A stretch of DNA of 42,028 bases from Eubacteriales bacterium (lineage in GTDB: Bacteria; Bacillota; Clostridia; Oscillospirales; QAKW01), in NCBI GenBank assembly GCA_045545255.1, contig JAZQAQ010000219.1, forward strand, positions 1 through 42,028, written 5' to 3'. Shown piece after piece: positions 41,724 through 42,028 of this stretch. The notes beneath the pieces were generated by a model that searched no databases, was not told where the DNA came from, and worked only from the letters and a program-made list of their open reading frames with translations. Both the position numbers and the translations under genes were made by a program. Numbering within the stretch: position 1 is the stretch's first letter; the number at the start of each line of letters is the position of its first letter.

Positions 41724-42028
41724 ATGAATGAAATCAAAAGTTTTGGCTTGATTATCTGTATATTAATGGTACTGATGGCGTACTTAAAACAGGTGATCCC
41801 AAAAGGTAAAACAACCCTTTTGATGAAAGTGATTATTTCCGTATTCATCCTTCTATCGGTTGTTGATGGGATTCTTGATTTTGATTTGAGTGCCATTAAG
41901 GAGTTGCAGCTGCAATCTTATTCGCATAACACTGAGGTTTGGAGTAAGGCTGAACGGCTGATTGAGGATGGCTTGCGAAGCGAGTTTGAAAACTATATTA
42001 AGAGCGAAGGAGTAAACGCAGAGGTGAG
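41724..42028 (+). CDS. spoIIIAF: Stage III sporulation protein AF, N-terminal fragment (runs off the window)
   Basis: It is not in the ORF track because no stop lies within the window. My own translation is MNEIKSFGLIICILMVLMAYLKQVIPKGKTTLLMKVIISVFILLSVVDGIL.... It starts 1 nt after the spoIIIAE stop and shows the two-TM N-terminus typical of SpoIIIAF. Confidence 0.7.
   Translation, partial: MNEIKSFGLIICILMVLMAYLKQVIPKGKTTLLMKVIISVFILLSVVDGILDFDLSAIKELQLQSYSHNTEVWSKAERLIEDGLRSEFENYIKSEGVNAEV

Noticed and set aside
1-42028. Search for mobile elements, prophage, defence systems, toxin-antitoxin pairs, CRISPR, tRNA or rRNA
   Set aside because: No integrase, transposase, recombinase, restriction-modification, Cas or phage-like ORFs were seen. 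No long terminal repeats and no tRNA- or rRNA-like sequence were recognised. The window reads as core chromosome with accessory metabolic and transport operons.

Overview
This looks like a chromosomal segment from a spore-forming Firmicute, probably Clostridia and Oscillospiraceae/Ruminococcaceae-like by gene content. The taxon is inferred, not proven. All calls come from reading the supplied translations and the DNA by eye; no searches were run.

Gene order:
- A 3' fragment of a Gfo/Idh/MocA oxidoreductase.
- A K+-dependent-type membrane pyrophosphatase (hppA, minus strand), divergent from nicotinate phosphoribosyltransferase (pncB).
- A ~12 kb single-strand envelope/transport locus (4.6-16.4 kb).
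- A MarR / enoate-reductase / two-subunit aconitase-X (AcnX) operon.
- A 54-aa ORF on the minus strand that is missing from the ORF track.
- A degenerate P2-type ATPase homologue, rlmB, and a degenerate P1B-type ATPase homologue.
- An EF-G2-type elongation factor paralogue, a DUF4830-like protein and an RsuA-family pseudouridine synthase.
- An orphan MsmX/UgpC-type ABC ATPase.
- A PucR-type regulator followed by ftsE, ftsX, an M23 peptidase and an S41 protease.
- eno-ldh on the minus strand.
- spoIIIAA to spoIIIAF, with spoIIIAF cut by the window edge.

No rRNA, tRNA, CRISPR array, transposase, integrase or recognisable defence gene was seen.

Best candidates for new biology:
1. The 8-gene locus at 4.6-16.4 kb. 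It is built as two [large exported protein]-TAATG-[permease pair] modules, bridged by an NHL/TPR propeller protein and a Yip1-like membrane protein. It has no ATPase, no recognisable enzyme and no regulator.
2. Two P-type-ATPase-fold proteins that have lost essentially all catalytic motifs. They are interleaved with three ribosome-directed genes.
3. The MarR / enoate-reductase / AcnX operon, which suggests an uncharacterised dehydratase-plus-ene-reductase pathway.

Several ORF-track starts were moved to downstream ATGs that have a proper Shine-Dalgarno sequence.
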